Below are positions 1 through 11,793 of a stretch of 32,863 bases of DNA, piece by piece (the first letter of the stretch is position 1; every line of letters starts with the position of its first letter). The notes under the pieces were generated by a model. The model was not told the DNA's origin. It ran no database searches and saw nothing but the letters and a program-made list of their open reading frames with translations. Location: NCBI GenBank assembly GCA_003693705.1, contig RBZT01000173.1, forward strand, positions 1 to 32,863, in the 5' to 3' direction. The DNA comes from Polymyxa betae A26-41. Lineage: Eukaryota; Protista; Endomyxa: Phytomyxea. The position numbers and the translations under genes were made by a program.

Positions 1-119
1 ATGTGTCTATTCTCAGGATATAGTTTCGATTGGATTATGAATGAAGTAAAAGCGTTCAGCAAAAATCCAAAATAAATGCGATTCTTGGTTATAAAATTCG
101 TTTTCTTGATTGAAGCAGT

Positions 120-515
120 CAGCAGTATCGTGCGATCTCAGATGGGTGACCAAGTTCGATTTCTGCGAGAGCGTTCACCGACATGTCGGACATTGGAATG
201 GACGCTCGCCAGTATGGGTCGCCATTTGAGTATTTAGATGATGACGCTGAGCGAAGCGTTGATGACAGACTTCGCAAGCGACCGGTTTCTCGCCTGTATG
301 GATGAGCGTGTTGAGGTTCGAAGTCTGCGTGAAGCTCTTCCGGCAGATAAAGCATTAATACGGTCGTTCGTCATTAAGGAGAAGTCAGGTGGCTCTGCTG
401 TTGAATCGTTTTTCCCACAAACTTCGCATTTGAAGGGTTTTTCGCCCGAATGAATTCGAAGATGAGTTCGTAGCATGGATGGGTATAGAAGGATTCGCTG
501 ACAGAGCTTGCAGGT
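120..515 (-). pseudogene. Multi-C2H2 (Kruppel-type) zinc-finger pseudogene, ~5 fingers
   Basis: Minus strand reads [34 protein letters not shown]. After a frameshift it reads [88 protein letters not shown] linkers are present; in-frame stops at 355-357 and 175-177; some zinc-ligand His residues are lost. Confidence 0.9.
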
Positions 516-999
516 GATCGATCTAAGTAATATCGCTTTCAGGGTCAGAGAATCCTTCACACATTACGAAGCCGAAAATTCTCGCTGGTAATGAACCAAT
601 TCATAAAAGTTTAGACAAATATTCTTTCGTACTGTCATCAGTTAGCTTTACTCGACGTCCGTGGTTCCATTTATCGTTTCGGATGTATCCGGTCATACTA
701 TCCCCGATGTTTCGTCAATGCCTATCTGGCTCTGGCCGGTCATAATCCACCGAGGACACGGTCCATTAGAAATCCGCATTTCGACTGTGATCGTGGTCAT
801 GGAGGTCGTTCTATCGCTGTTCGCAGCCCTCGCCCGGTCGTATCTGAAACCGCGTCGTTTGTTGACCACATCAATAGTCGATGTTATGTTCATCTACGAC
901 AAGACAACCGTTTTGTAAGTTGCTCACCCTCTAATTGATACAAGCGATTCTACATTGACTCCGATGATCGATTTCCTTTCAGCTTGTAAATGAGTGTAT

Positions 1000-2465
1000 T
1001 TATTCAATGGGATCATCACAGCTGAATACACAATTTCTCCTCCATAGTTCATAATGAAGATGTCCTGGACTAAAATATTCGCTCATCTTGTTTGAATAAT
1101 CACTGACCCAATGTGTTAACTGAACAGAGAAAACATTCCGATCCGAGAGATCCCGCAGCATCGACTGCGTATCACGTCCACGTTGATCCAGGTACTCGTC
1201 CACGTCCCAGAACCCGAACATCTGATTGATATCATACAGCAACGGCCATTCGGATCTCTGCAATCGGGTCTCGGACTCCGTGGCCGTCGACAGCAATGTC
1301 TCTACAAGCAGATGACCTCCCATGGCGACATCACCAAGACCCGGGTCGGCTTCGACGTCCGGGTACGCCCTCGCCATTCCGAGCAGCGCCTTACGCAGGA
1401 ACGGATGATGCCGGTCGAACTGGCCCAGGATCCCGTTCGTGCAGTACCAGGTGCGGCCTGCGATGAACGGCAGCGAATCGTTGAAGGGTTGCTGGATGTC
1501 GTGATCGGCGTCGCACTGGACCCAGCGGTGTCCGTGACCCACCGTCACCCGATCGTGACACGGGAGGCCGTTCCGCATCGTGAACGGCCTCAGGTACAGG
1601 GCGTCCGCGTCCAGCCACGACCCGCCGTGAAGGTACAGTACGGCCAGACGGACAAAGTCCGACAGAATCATGGGCGATCGTTCGATCGCCGGCCACAGCT
1701 GCGCGGCCCAAGTCGAAGTCCGGAAGACGGCGTCGTCGAGTTCCGGAAGAGCGTCCAGGAGTTGGAGTTGCAAGTCGGTCAGGTTGAGCGGGACCATGAC
1801 GACGCGGAGATGATGGGCCGCGAATCTCGGATCGATGGCGTTCAGATTGCCGTAGATATAGAGGGTCGTGTTCGGGTTGTTTTTCAGAAACGATTCGAAG
1901 CCGAGTTGGTACGCTCGAGGTAACGTGGACTGCGTTACCACTGCGAACGCATTTTGCGAAGTCGCGGGATAGTGTGCGGATGTGGATTGCAGTTGGCAGA
2001 CGCTGTGTGAGAGAGCGTCTGCGCTGATCTTCGAGTCCATCTCCAAATCGGATTTCAACGAAATCGCCTCCGAATCTAATGTCATTTGTTAACGTAAAGA
2101 ATTGGCTGTTTTGAAAATCAGAAAATTGTTGGTATATTTCGTTACTCAATAAGCGTGTGATCAAAAACGACCCTTGTAACATAGAGTAATGTGAAACTTG
2201 AGCAAACTTGAAACATTAACAGTAGATTGAAAGCGTTTTTTAAACAGAAATGGATCGAATGTCTCTAACCACTCTGAAGAGTTACCAGCTGTGTCATAAA
2301 GTGCAGTTCTAAGTAATGTAACGATATAGTTGTTATGGCGACAATACTGATTGCTATCCAGGCAACGATGATCAGAAATGGACGACATCTTGAGACTGTC
2401 CTGGCTGAGATCGTTCTGGATCTCCATCTATCAATATTCCGATCCATGCCACCATTGTACATCAT
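1000..2465 (-). CDS. GT32-family (alpha-1,4-glycosyltransferase/OCH1-like) type II membrane glycosyltransferase, ~423 aa, 2 exons
   Basis: SDFVRLAVLYLHGGSWLDAD is the GT32 SD..R...LY..GG.Y.DxD signature; ESFLKNNP lies upstream. A TM exon at 2465-2270 (FLIIVAWIAISIVAITTI) joins exon 2075-1000 in phase through a predicted intron 2269-2076 (GTTAGA...TTAG). The exact donor is uncertain. Confidence 0.85.
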
Positions 2466-3409
2466 AATCTGTTAGTCAACCGAGCGGAATAAAGTACTTC
2501 CAGATAGGTGGACGATACCCGCAGAATGACGAGTGGGCGCATGCCTCCAGAATGAATCTACGAATATGCAAACCCTAACCCTAAAATTGATTTCACACTG
2601 AAGCACCTCTGTAATTACAATATGTCGGCAGCCTGACAAAACTGATTGAGGGCTCTGAAACAGGTTTTGACTTCGAAAATTTAGAATGCCGGAGACACAC
2701 ATTCCTCGGATGCTTTTTGGATGATTTTAAAACTTCCATTCTCCAAGACTGCGATATTTCGTATTTCTCACTGTTACGTTCCCATCTCGACTAGAGTAAC
2801 GATTGGCTCTGGTAAAAGATATTTAAGTCTTCAGTCTATAGCGGATGGTGTGGTGCCGTCTATGTCTTACGCGATATCCATCAACGCTGCCCATCCGAAT
2901 CCGTGCAGCTTTAACATGGAAATAGCACAATGCTCTGAACTCCCGCCATGGTTTCGTCTAATATCAATGAATCGTATGAGCGTGAAACAAGCTCTCATAT
3001 CTGAACATAGCGTGATGCGCTTTTATCGCAAATGCGAAAAATGTGTTATAATCTCTGAGTTGCTTGAAATTCTAATTCTCCTTAACATGAGTGAAAAGAA
3101 GGGCTGAATAATCTGCGAATCACCCAGTAGGAGACCCTGGACCTCAACTCAGGCCCGTTTAACTGTGCCGCCCACACCGCTGAAAGGAGCAGATAGTGCA
3201 ATCAAATCCAATCCAAATGCATGAAAATGGAGTGGAATGAAAGCTCTAGGTTTGGAGCGAAGCCTCCATTATCTCGTACGAAACCTCTTCGACATTGACT
3301 GATTCAGGATTCCCCACGGGTGCGGCCTCTTGGGGTTGTGGGAGGCTACGCCACAATAAGTGACTGGCTCGACACCTCTGCGGAGCAGCCTCTTCAGTCC
3401 TCTCTTCAG

Positions 3410-3606
3410 ACAGTCCCTTGACCCTTCTTTTCTTGACCATTCTGCAGCGCGGCCTCTCTCCAGTTCTTGCTTTCTTGACCTTTTCAGCAGAGCGACCTCT
3501 TTCCAGTTCTTGCAGAGCGTCCTCTCTTCAATTCTTGACCCTTCTGTGAGCGGCCTCTCTCCAATTGTTGACCCTTCTGCGAGCGGCCTCCCTCCAGTCC
3601 CTTGAC
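3410..3606. repeat. Degenerate ~33-bp pyrimidine-rich minisatellite
   Basis: Recurring TTGACCCTTCTG.GAGCGGCCTCTCTCCA.TT units; this explains the repetitive ORFs at 3269-3613 and 3360-3605. Confidence 0.75.
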
Positions 3607-3738
3607 ACTTCACTATTTATCATCACCATCTTGTATCTGTACATAAAGTGGTAATGTCATCTCGTCATAGTATGGCAGCCATTTCGGGTGTAGCCATTTA
3701 GCCCAATTTTTTTAGAAGGCTATTTGCAGCAATAGTTT

Positions 3739-6669
3739 ATGATCAGTCAAGAGCCAGTTTTGGTAGGGCCATGGCGCCGTCTGGCGGCTGTCGCTTTAGT
3801 CCTGATTTTCGCTACAATCTGTCTCCTCAGTGTCGTTACTGTCAGTCACGTCAATGATGATCGTCTGCTTTTATCACCAATGTCATCGTTATCTTCCTCG
3901 TTGCATAATCGAACAAGGCATGAATGCAGCGATAACCGCGGTGGTCGTGTGGCTTTGGTGACCGGTATTAATGGCATGATTGGATCTCATGTAGCTCGGG
4001 CTCTTCTCGAATCGAATCGTGCTTGTTATCATGTCGTTGGTCTAATTCGTCCACGATCTGATCTATCAACTCTAGCTGGTATTCTGGATCAGATCGAATT
4101 TGTGCAGGGAGATATTACTGACAGCCATCGTATGATTACCATCATTCAGGAGGTAAACTTTCTGCCTTTACAACTTTAACTTTTTTTATTCAAAACCCAT
4201 TTTTTCTACATTTCTGAAACCTGAAGCCCTATCTGCTTTCTATTCAACATAATCGTTCGATGGATTTATTATTCCAAATTTAAAATGATCGCTTATACAA
4301 GTCTCCTCTATTGAATCGTTTCCGGCCAGGTTGATCCGGATGTGATCTTCCATTTCGCCGCTCAAGCAATCAATGGAATATCGCTCGGTATTCCTCAAGT
4401 GACCGTCGACGCCAATATCCAGGGCACCATCAATCTATTCGAAGCCATCCGACGTTGGGGTCGACACCCCCGCGTCTTGGTCGCCGGCTCCAGCACCGAA
4501 TACGGACAAGCTGCCGAGCGCCATACTGGTCCCATTCCCGAATCGCTGATTCTGGATCCCGTAACGCCCTATGGAATCAGCAAAGCTGCCACCGAGAAGA
4601 TCGCCAATCAGTATGTGATCGCTGCTGAGATTCCAGCGGTCACGGCGCGTCTGTTCATTCATGTTGGCGTCGGTGGGACGGACTCGCTCGCCATCCATCA
4701 GTTCTGTAAGCAGACGGCGCTGGCCGAGCTCGGTCTAGCCGCCCCTGTGATTCGTCATGGGAATCTGAAGACGGCCAGAGATATCACCGATGCGCGTGAT
4801 TCGGCACCGGTTTTGATTCAGCTGGCCGAAGAGGGCGTTCCCGGCGAAGCCTATAACGTTGGTTCCGGGAATACGATTCATATCAAGGATCTGTTAGCTA
4901 ATGTAATCGATCAAGCTCGTGTGGTGATGACGCACGAGCAGGATCCCAAACTGTTCAGATCATTCGATGAGAAAGTTCTCGTTGCCGATATCAGCAAGAT
5001 TCGCGGCCTTACTGGTTGGCGTCCGGCATCCGATATGAGCACGACGGTTGGCAATATCATGGCGTATTGGCGACATAAAGTTCACACATTATACTGTGTT
5101 GAAGACGGTGATGGGGTCAACCCGTGTAAGACGGCCGTGAACAGCGACCCGGCTGCTGACAATGGCACTGTCGCCCCGGCTGTGAAATGCCAGTTTGCCG
5201 ATGTCGATCTCTGGGTTCCCCTTCATGAACCGGAGTTCCCAATGCTATCATTGCTGGTTAATAGCATCAAGACGTTCATGCCATGTTTCAATACGCTGCA
5301 TATTGTCGTGGATCGACCTGATGCCACCAAAGCATTATCATGGTCAGTTGTAGTTATTCTGAACGATTTTTTTCTTTATTTTTGCTTTAACAAGGGTTTT
5401 GGGGTTTTCTTTATATGTTGCTGACCTTTGAATTAATGAAGTTTCTATGTTTGTTAACGGCTATCAGGGTGGTTGAAAGCGATGGTGTTGATGGCATCGG
5501 AAGGATCCGAATCGAACCTGTCGATTTCCCAGAAGCGCTTTCAGCTATCAAAGGGCAGCGATTAGATGGGTATATCGTACAAGCGTGGCGTATGCTCTGG
5601 GCGGATCAATTCTCGGCCACGACCGGTGCGAAATACGTCATGTTATTGGATACGGATTCGATATTCGCCATGCCGGTGACGTGTCGTTCGATCTTCGATG
5701 ATGAAGGCCGAATCTATCAGCTGTCTTGGTCGATTGAGCGGCAAACACACTTTCAGCAGCCTTGTATTGATATGGTCTTTAACATCGTTCTATACGAGAT
5801 GAAGAACTCTGATTTGTTCAATGCAGACAGGAGGTCAATGTACTCGCAGCTATATGGCCACATTTCCCTTCATCATGCCAATCGACGTGTTCGCTCCGAT
5901 GCGGGAATCGATTCGGCAGCGATTAGGGGGCGCCACGTTCGACCTGGCGTTCGGCTCATGGGCCCAACATTCGAACTGGCGATTCTTCTCCCAGTTCGTC
6001 ACTATGGGAGAGTATATGCGACTTAATCATCCTCATGTAAGCCTTATCTCGGACCGAAACATATTCACGTTTTTCCAAAGTTTTTGCCCTTGTTTCAGAT
6101 CATCGATAATATTATATTTTCTGCTTTTTTTTCTGTTTTTTTCTATTTTGTCTGAGAATTTCCTCTCTTGACTATGTTTTCAAAACATAACAATTTCGAT
6201 TGCTTAACCAACGTCATAGCGTGTTCGCCAAGTTTTCTGTCCAATCTGGAATGATGGCGTTGACAACTCGGCCGTTTTCAATGCATCCGACGATGCCCGG
6301 CTGTGTCTGCAGCACGTCCCCGTGACCGTCCACCTCGGCTGGGCCAACAACGCCTACGTCAACGGTGGCACCGGGACCTCGTATCGCCGGGTCGACGCCG
6401 GCGAGTTCAACCGCTACTCGGATAAATACGGCGTCGCCACCATCGATGCTGTTCAAGCCATGACCATTCACGGAATCTGTCTCCGGGATCGCTGGGCCAA
6501 CAAGGACAACCCGTTATGCCACGATATCAACAGTACGACCGTGTTCCCAGACCTTAATCTGTATGGTGACAAACGTCAGCTCGATTGGTCTGTTATTGAG
6601 GAAAGATTCAAGCCTGATGATGGCAGTATTCTGTGTTCTGCAGGATCTCGCAGATCTCAATTTGTGTAA
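3739..6669 (+). CDS. Membrane-anchored fusion: GDP-sugar extended SDR (GMD/RMD-like) + C-terminal DxD glycosyltransferase-like domain, ~797 aa, 5 exons
   Basis: Exons 3739-4152, 4330-5342, 5468-5774, 5827-6036 and 6220-6669 join in phase through GT-AG introns. Motifs: N-terminal TM LAAVALVLIFATICLLSVVTV; TGINGMIG (GxxGxxG); FHFAAQ; GSSTEYG; PYGISK (YxxxK); GNL...RDITDARD. The second domain has LLVNSIKTF, GYIVQAWRMLWADQF and VMLLDTDSIF (resembles DUF6492-type GT-A). Confidence 0.85.
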
Positions 6670-6906
6670 CTCAGTAACTAAACTCTCTAGTTTATATATC
6701 ATGACAAGTCCGTTATCGGCGATAGTCAGCGATTGAATTTGTCGCGAGATTGCTCAAAGCCATAAATGATTTGGCTCAAAAATCACCAAAGCTATAGCTT
6801 TCACTGTTTGTTAAAATCAACACAAAATTCTACTTGATGGCACTCGAATGTGCACTGAATGGCGTCAATCGAATAAATGATGCTGTTGTAAAATCTTTTC
6901 ACATTG

Positions 6907-8303
6907 TTATAAATTTTGTAAAGTTGGAAACTGGTACCCGATATCATTCAATGCATTAATCCAGTATTGCTGCAGTCGAACATCTTCAATATGAATATAT
7001 CCTCTCTCATACAGCTCTATCGCTAATTCTTCAATCCGTCCTGGCAGGCTGTTCTGCTCTCCTTTCCATTCGATCAGGAAATCGAGCAATGCCTCCGCCC
7101 TCTCATACAGAGGAATCTCCGAGTCGAGATCGGCGAGATAGTTATGCGGATTGCGGAACTGATTCACGAGCGGGGGCGAGTACGTCACCCGTAGGCCCAG
7201 ATCCCAAAGCAATCGCTGTCCGGAATATCCGCGCCAGATATCCGACACCCGCCCGTGGACGGAAATCGGCAGCAATAACATCCAGAACGCCGCCCTTCGG
7301 AACAGGCACGCCTGGGCGTTCAGCGGGGCCAGTACGCCCCGGGGCAACAGGATCGGGAGGGCGTCATCGGCGGCGTTGAAGTTGAAGGGCAGCGGCTGCG
7401 TTAATCGATAGATGGCGTCCATATCCGGATCGTGATCGGCCAGCGACTGAATCAGACCGATGGCGTTGCCGTCGGCGACTTTCCGGACCAGTTCGGAGTT
7501 CCAGGCGGCGTCTTGTTTGATATGAGTGAGAGGGATGCCTCGGGGCCAGACGGGGCGATGGGGTGCCCCAAGTCTCACATACGGATTGTATGATGGGAAT
7601 TGATGGGTCTCGGGAACTCGAACCGGAACTCGATCATGATCGGACGGCGTCGGAATCTGTTTGTCGCTTTTCAGGATGTTGTCGTCGTCAAAGTCCCAGA
7701 TGAATTCGGCGCCTCGCTCGATCGCATACAGAAATCCGATATTTTTCCGCCCGAAATGATTCCATGGAAGGGCGGCGAATAGCTGTGGAAAGCGGCCGCC
7801 ATATGTGTGCTGATCGTCGGCGTTAAGGTAGACGATCGGGCTGGATGCATCCGGGACTTGATAGATGCGAGGTGATTTCCGATCGCCGACCACCACAATA
7901 CACCATTCAGGTCCCAGATTCGCCTGACGACGAACCGCATCGGATGGCTCGAATATCGTCGTCACAACCGACCATTTTGTGCATTGAAATTGTGATCGGG
8001 ATTGATTAACTGCTATGGGCGCCCATCCGGAAAACATCACGTTTTCTTTTGGAAAATTTCGAATTTTCAAACCGGAGAATACTTGCCCACTACAGTCAAA
8101 CATTTGAATAAAACGTTCTGTTTTTGGCCATTTTTCTACCTGGTGGCAGTCCCCGAAAGCGTTTCTGGTTCGATCCAGGTGTCGGATAGGGTCGTACTGG
8201 TCAACGAGGTATTGATGAAGACGATGGCGATCCAGATGAATGAGAGACCGGTTAGGATGGCGACCACCTTCGGATTTCTCCATTCTGATTCTTTGTTCAA
8301 CAT
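6907..8303 (-). CDS. STELLO/DUF288-like glycosyltransferase, ~448 aa, 2 exons
   Basis: Motifs WSVVTTI, VVVGDRKSP, LPWNHFGRKNIGFLYAI, IWDFDDDN, PRGIPL, DPDMDAIYRL and RVSDIWRGY match STELLO. The likely first exon 8303-8140 (MLNKESEWRNPKVVAILTGLSFIWIAIVFINT) is in another frame, joined by a 50-nt intron 8139-8090. Confidence 0.92.
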
Positions 8304-8677
8304 ATTGATAGACGACAGACTTAAACCCTAATCATACATTGGCAGGTTGCTGCCTGCAGATTACAGTTCATTGGTCACAGTGCAACCTTACTGACACGTC
8401 ATCTATGATGGGCTGCTGGCTCTCAATCAAGGGAAAGATCGACTCCAGATCAACCTCTAAAAAAGAAAATAAAAACAAAGGGAAAATACGGTTTAGAACC
8501 AGAACGAAATTGAAGAGCAAATCGGTCAAAATATATGGAATTAAGAGAAAATAAAAAAACATGTTTTTGAACTTGTTCGATTTTTTAGCTGTCCAAGATC
8601 TCCCGGATTCCATGAGATTCGCGTATCAAAATTCCAGCACGAACTGATTGAAAACAGTCCGAAACAAATGATAGGGT

Positions 8678-9833
8678 TTATCCATAGATATGATGGGGTT
8701 GACGTCGACATTGTTCCGGCGCTGTTGTCCAGAATGTTGCCGAACCATGTTGACGATATGATGGCCATAACGCCAGCTTCCCATTCGACAACATTTCCGT
8801 GGCGGTTGTATCCTGAACCAGGCCCACGAAATCGCCGTGATAATCGCGAGGCAATGGGAACGCCGTCGAATGGTTGCCGTGATCGCCGCAATGGAATGCA
8901 TCATGATCGACAACATCGTCTCCAACGAGAGGCCAGATAACATCCTCCAGCCATCTCTGATCTGTATCCCATGATGGATTCGGCAATCGCTCATCAACAT
9001 ATCGGGTCAGGTTGCCGCCAACATCGCCCAACTTCGACCTCAAAGTAGCTGCATGGACACCCCACATCCCCTACGGGCCAGTACGGCGCCTCATTAGAAA
9101 CGCATTGATGCACTAATACACAAACCCAGACAAAGAGCGCTTCGAAAGCGTCAAGAAGGATGACTGTTTGAAGGATGAAAAGTTTTGTAGAAAAATCGCA
9201 AAAATCTATAAAAGCTTTTGTAGAAAAAAGCGGAAAAAATGTGGTTGTTACCCCGGGTAATACAAACCAATGATTAGGATGATCTCTCATAATATGAAAG
9301 GTCTTATTAGTCTGCAGCCAGGTGTTCACCGACGAGATCTCGCGGGCCGAGATCCGGGAATCGGCATCGCGGAACAGGGCGTACTCGACCTTGGGATCGG
9401 ACAGAACCAGGAACCGGAAGATACGCTTGGCGTTGCCCCAATGGGAATAGTTCCCCGGCAGCTGGATAACGGTGCCGCCCGCCTCCCGAAGCTGATCCTG
9501 AAACACGCCGGGAATGGTCTCGTCCACGACGAAGATCGATCGCCATGATAGATAATACAGAGGGACGGCCGCCGCATTCGCCAAAGCTCCATCCCGATCC
9601 ATCCCGCGATCGCCATACAGAGAGAACACCACGACCTTGTTCGCCTGCATGAACGCAGGGCGGCGTACGTGCGGCGTACTGGACCCGGCGTGGCGAAGCA
9701 GGTCCGGACGTATGGCATGGGCCTGGTTGCGTCCGATATCGGTAACCTGGAGGACAGTGGCGCCCAGAGCCAGTACGGCGGCGGCCTGTACGAGCCGATG
9801 TAACCAGGAGCTGCTGAATACGTGACCTTTCAT
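8678..9833 (-). CDS. Uncharacterised RDxDSR/RDHPxH/GGMWG family protein (putative GT-A), paralog A, ~324 aa, 2 exons
   Basis: N-terminal hydrophobic anchor, then FSLYG..GALANA, RIFRFL, FRDADSRISARE, FHIMRDHPNH, DQRWL..VIWP and HDAFHC. Intron 9251-9071 restores LPG|GMWG. Confidence 0.85.
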
Positions 9834-10372
9834 TTGATGGGTGAGATGAGGGTGGTTGATGAGCTGGCCTTTTTAATATGGGCGGAATCTGATATTTGGG
9901 AGGGTCACAGAACATGACGCAACCTGAGCTGCATCTTCAGATCAGCATCAATACAATACATCGATATATTCGGCAGGACGCCCTTGGCAGAGGATAACCC
10001 TTCAGAGCTCGAGAACTCTGACAGATAGAACCATACAGATCAGGTCCGAAACAGATGAATATTTCGGGTTTTATTTAATCGCGACATCGCTTTGCCCCAG
10101 ATTAAACCCCAGCTGGGGGCGCCTTCTCTATCTTATCCTGTTTTTGCGTTATTCGAACATGAAGCCGCCCAGGCTCAAACAATGTCTGCAGCATTACGAC
10201 AACGACCGTGGCTGCCATTCGTGGGATCAGTACGACCTCAAGGAAGGGGGTGCGGCCCTGCTTCGTCGTATGACCATACCCGTCATAGTCTCAGGCATGA
10301 ACTGTGTCGCCTCACTGGATGTGTTGTGATCCATCCCCCTATTAAGGATCATCATCATTGGATTGTTGCAAG

Positions 10373-11793
10373 ATGATCGCAGGACGGGGTGATCGTCGTG
10401 GTCGTACTGGACCGGGCCTCATGACGGAGTCCATCCCAGCCCTACTGAATCGTCATCGGACCCAGATCTATCTCATTGCTATTATAACGTTATCATCATT
10501 CCTAACATGGAATATGTTCCATATGTCATTGCAGGCGTACTGCCCCTCGCCCACTAACGTCCTTGATGGACGGTTGACTGGTCAGGACAGCGTCGTGGTC
10601 GCATTCGACGTAACCGAGCAGGAAGCGCGGTCCAGTCCGCAGCTGGTAACGTCAAGTAACGTGCCCGGGCCGGGGTTCGAAACCGATCTGTCGTCCGGCG
10701 GTCGTGCTGACCCAATGCCAACAACAATCGAATCGGGCGACGATGCTGTGATGAGTAACGTGTCCGAGTCGAGTCAGGTCCCAGCTGAAACGTTACCTGA
10801 CCAACCAACGCAGTCGATTGCAGCCGAGTTCTCCGATCCGGAACCGATTCGGACCCCGTCACCGACGGATCTCTACTCCGGGATTCTGCAATGGCGTTAC
10901 CATCAGCAATGTCAGACGGGTCTCCCGTTTGCTGCGAGCCAGTACGACGATCTGATAGGACAGATAGAGGCGCAGGATGAGTTCTCTGCAGTACAAGTTG
11001 GATATGAGATGTGGAATCGACTCAGTCTAGAAGAGGTTCAGTCTCCCTATCGATATTACGCCGATCAGGGAGCCGTGACGGACACCGCTCTGGCCTATCC
11101 ACTCACGATACTCTCCTACGGGCAACGTCGTGAGCAAGGCCTGCAACAGCTGGAACGGATCGGCGCCCACCACACTGATCTGGTGTCGTACCCGTCCTTA
11201 GATGCCGCATTCCATGATCGTCCTTATCTATCCAGATATCTATTTCGTAATGCCATTAATATGGAATGGGATAGATTTACATCATTCTTCTCTGGTAAAG
11301 ATCAGGGCTATCTATTAAGTACATTGAATCAATGGATCGTATTGGAGCGCCTTAAGAACGGCACCTATCCGGATGAGGTTTTTGTTGTCGAGGACGACGT
11401 GTTCATGGTGCCAGATTTCCAGAGGAAGTTCGGCGTTTTAAGGGAGCAGCTGGCCACGTTGCCATGGGAGGTAGGCAGGCAGGAGTTGTGCTAGGGTTTA
11501 GGGTTTTAATGGATGCTCAGGTGGTGTTTGTTGGGACTTGTCATCAGATCAAGTCGGATAGGGAGGCTTCATCGAACTTGTTTGTAGCAGATGCCAGCCG
11601 TTGTTTTAATGCAGTTCTGTTAAGACGTAGCGCGGCTGTAAAGATATTAGAGGCAGGCGCTGTATTAGATGAATTTCAAGCTGTTGATCATATGTTTAAT
11701 ATCTATATACCAACATTGAATCTAACTGCATATTATGTATATCCACCATTAGCCTATGAGCAAACTAAAATATCACATATTTATCCATGCTAA
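10373..11793 (+). CDS. GT25-like type II membrane glycosyltransferase, paralog A, 2 exons (start at 10373 or 10421)
   Basis: TM IYLIAIITLSSFLTW and a Ser/Pro/Thr-rich stem, then GYLLSTLNQW, VVEDD, PWE|VVFVG, NAVLLRRSAAVKIL, VDH and YYVYPPLAYEQ in GT25 order. 50-nt phase-0 intron at 11471-11520. Confidence 0.8.

Noticed and set aside
661-918. 85-aa hydrophobic ORF
   Set aside because: GTG start and no recognisable motif or splice partner.
1183-2182. Long overlapping ORFs 1183-1923 (+) and 1391-2182 (-)
   Set aside because: Shadow frames of the GC-rich GT32 coding region; Arg/Pro-rich with no motifs.
2721-3107. 128-aa ORF, and a minus-strand LCYFHVKAA resembling a MULE transposase CxxH motif
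   Set aside because: A single short motif amid stops is not enough to call a feature.
8368-8613. Hydrophobic ORF as the STELLO first exon or a link fusing RDHP-A to STELLO
   Set aside because: Its hydrophobicity reflects T-rich intergenic DNA. A better TM exon starts at 8303, and RDHP-A ends in IYG* like its paralog.
9270-9915. Several overlapping ORFs (9307-9915, 9326-9718, 9270-9548)
   Set aside because: Alternative frames of a GC-rich exon.
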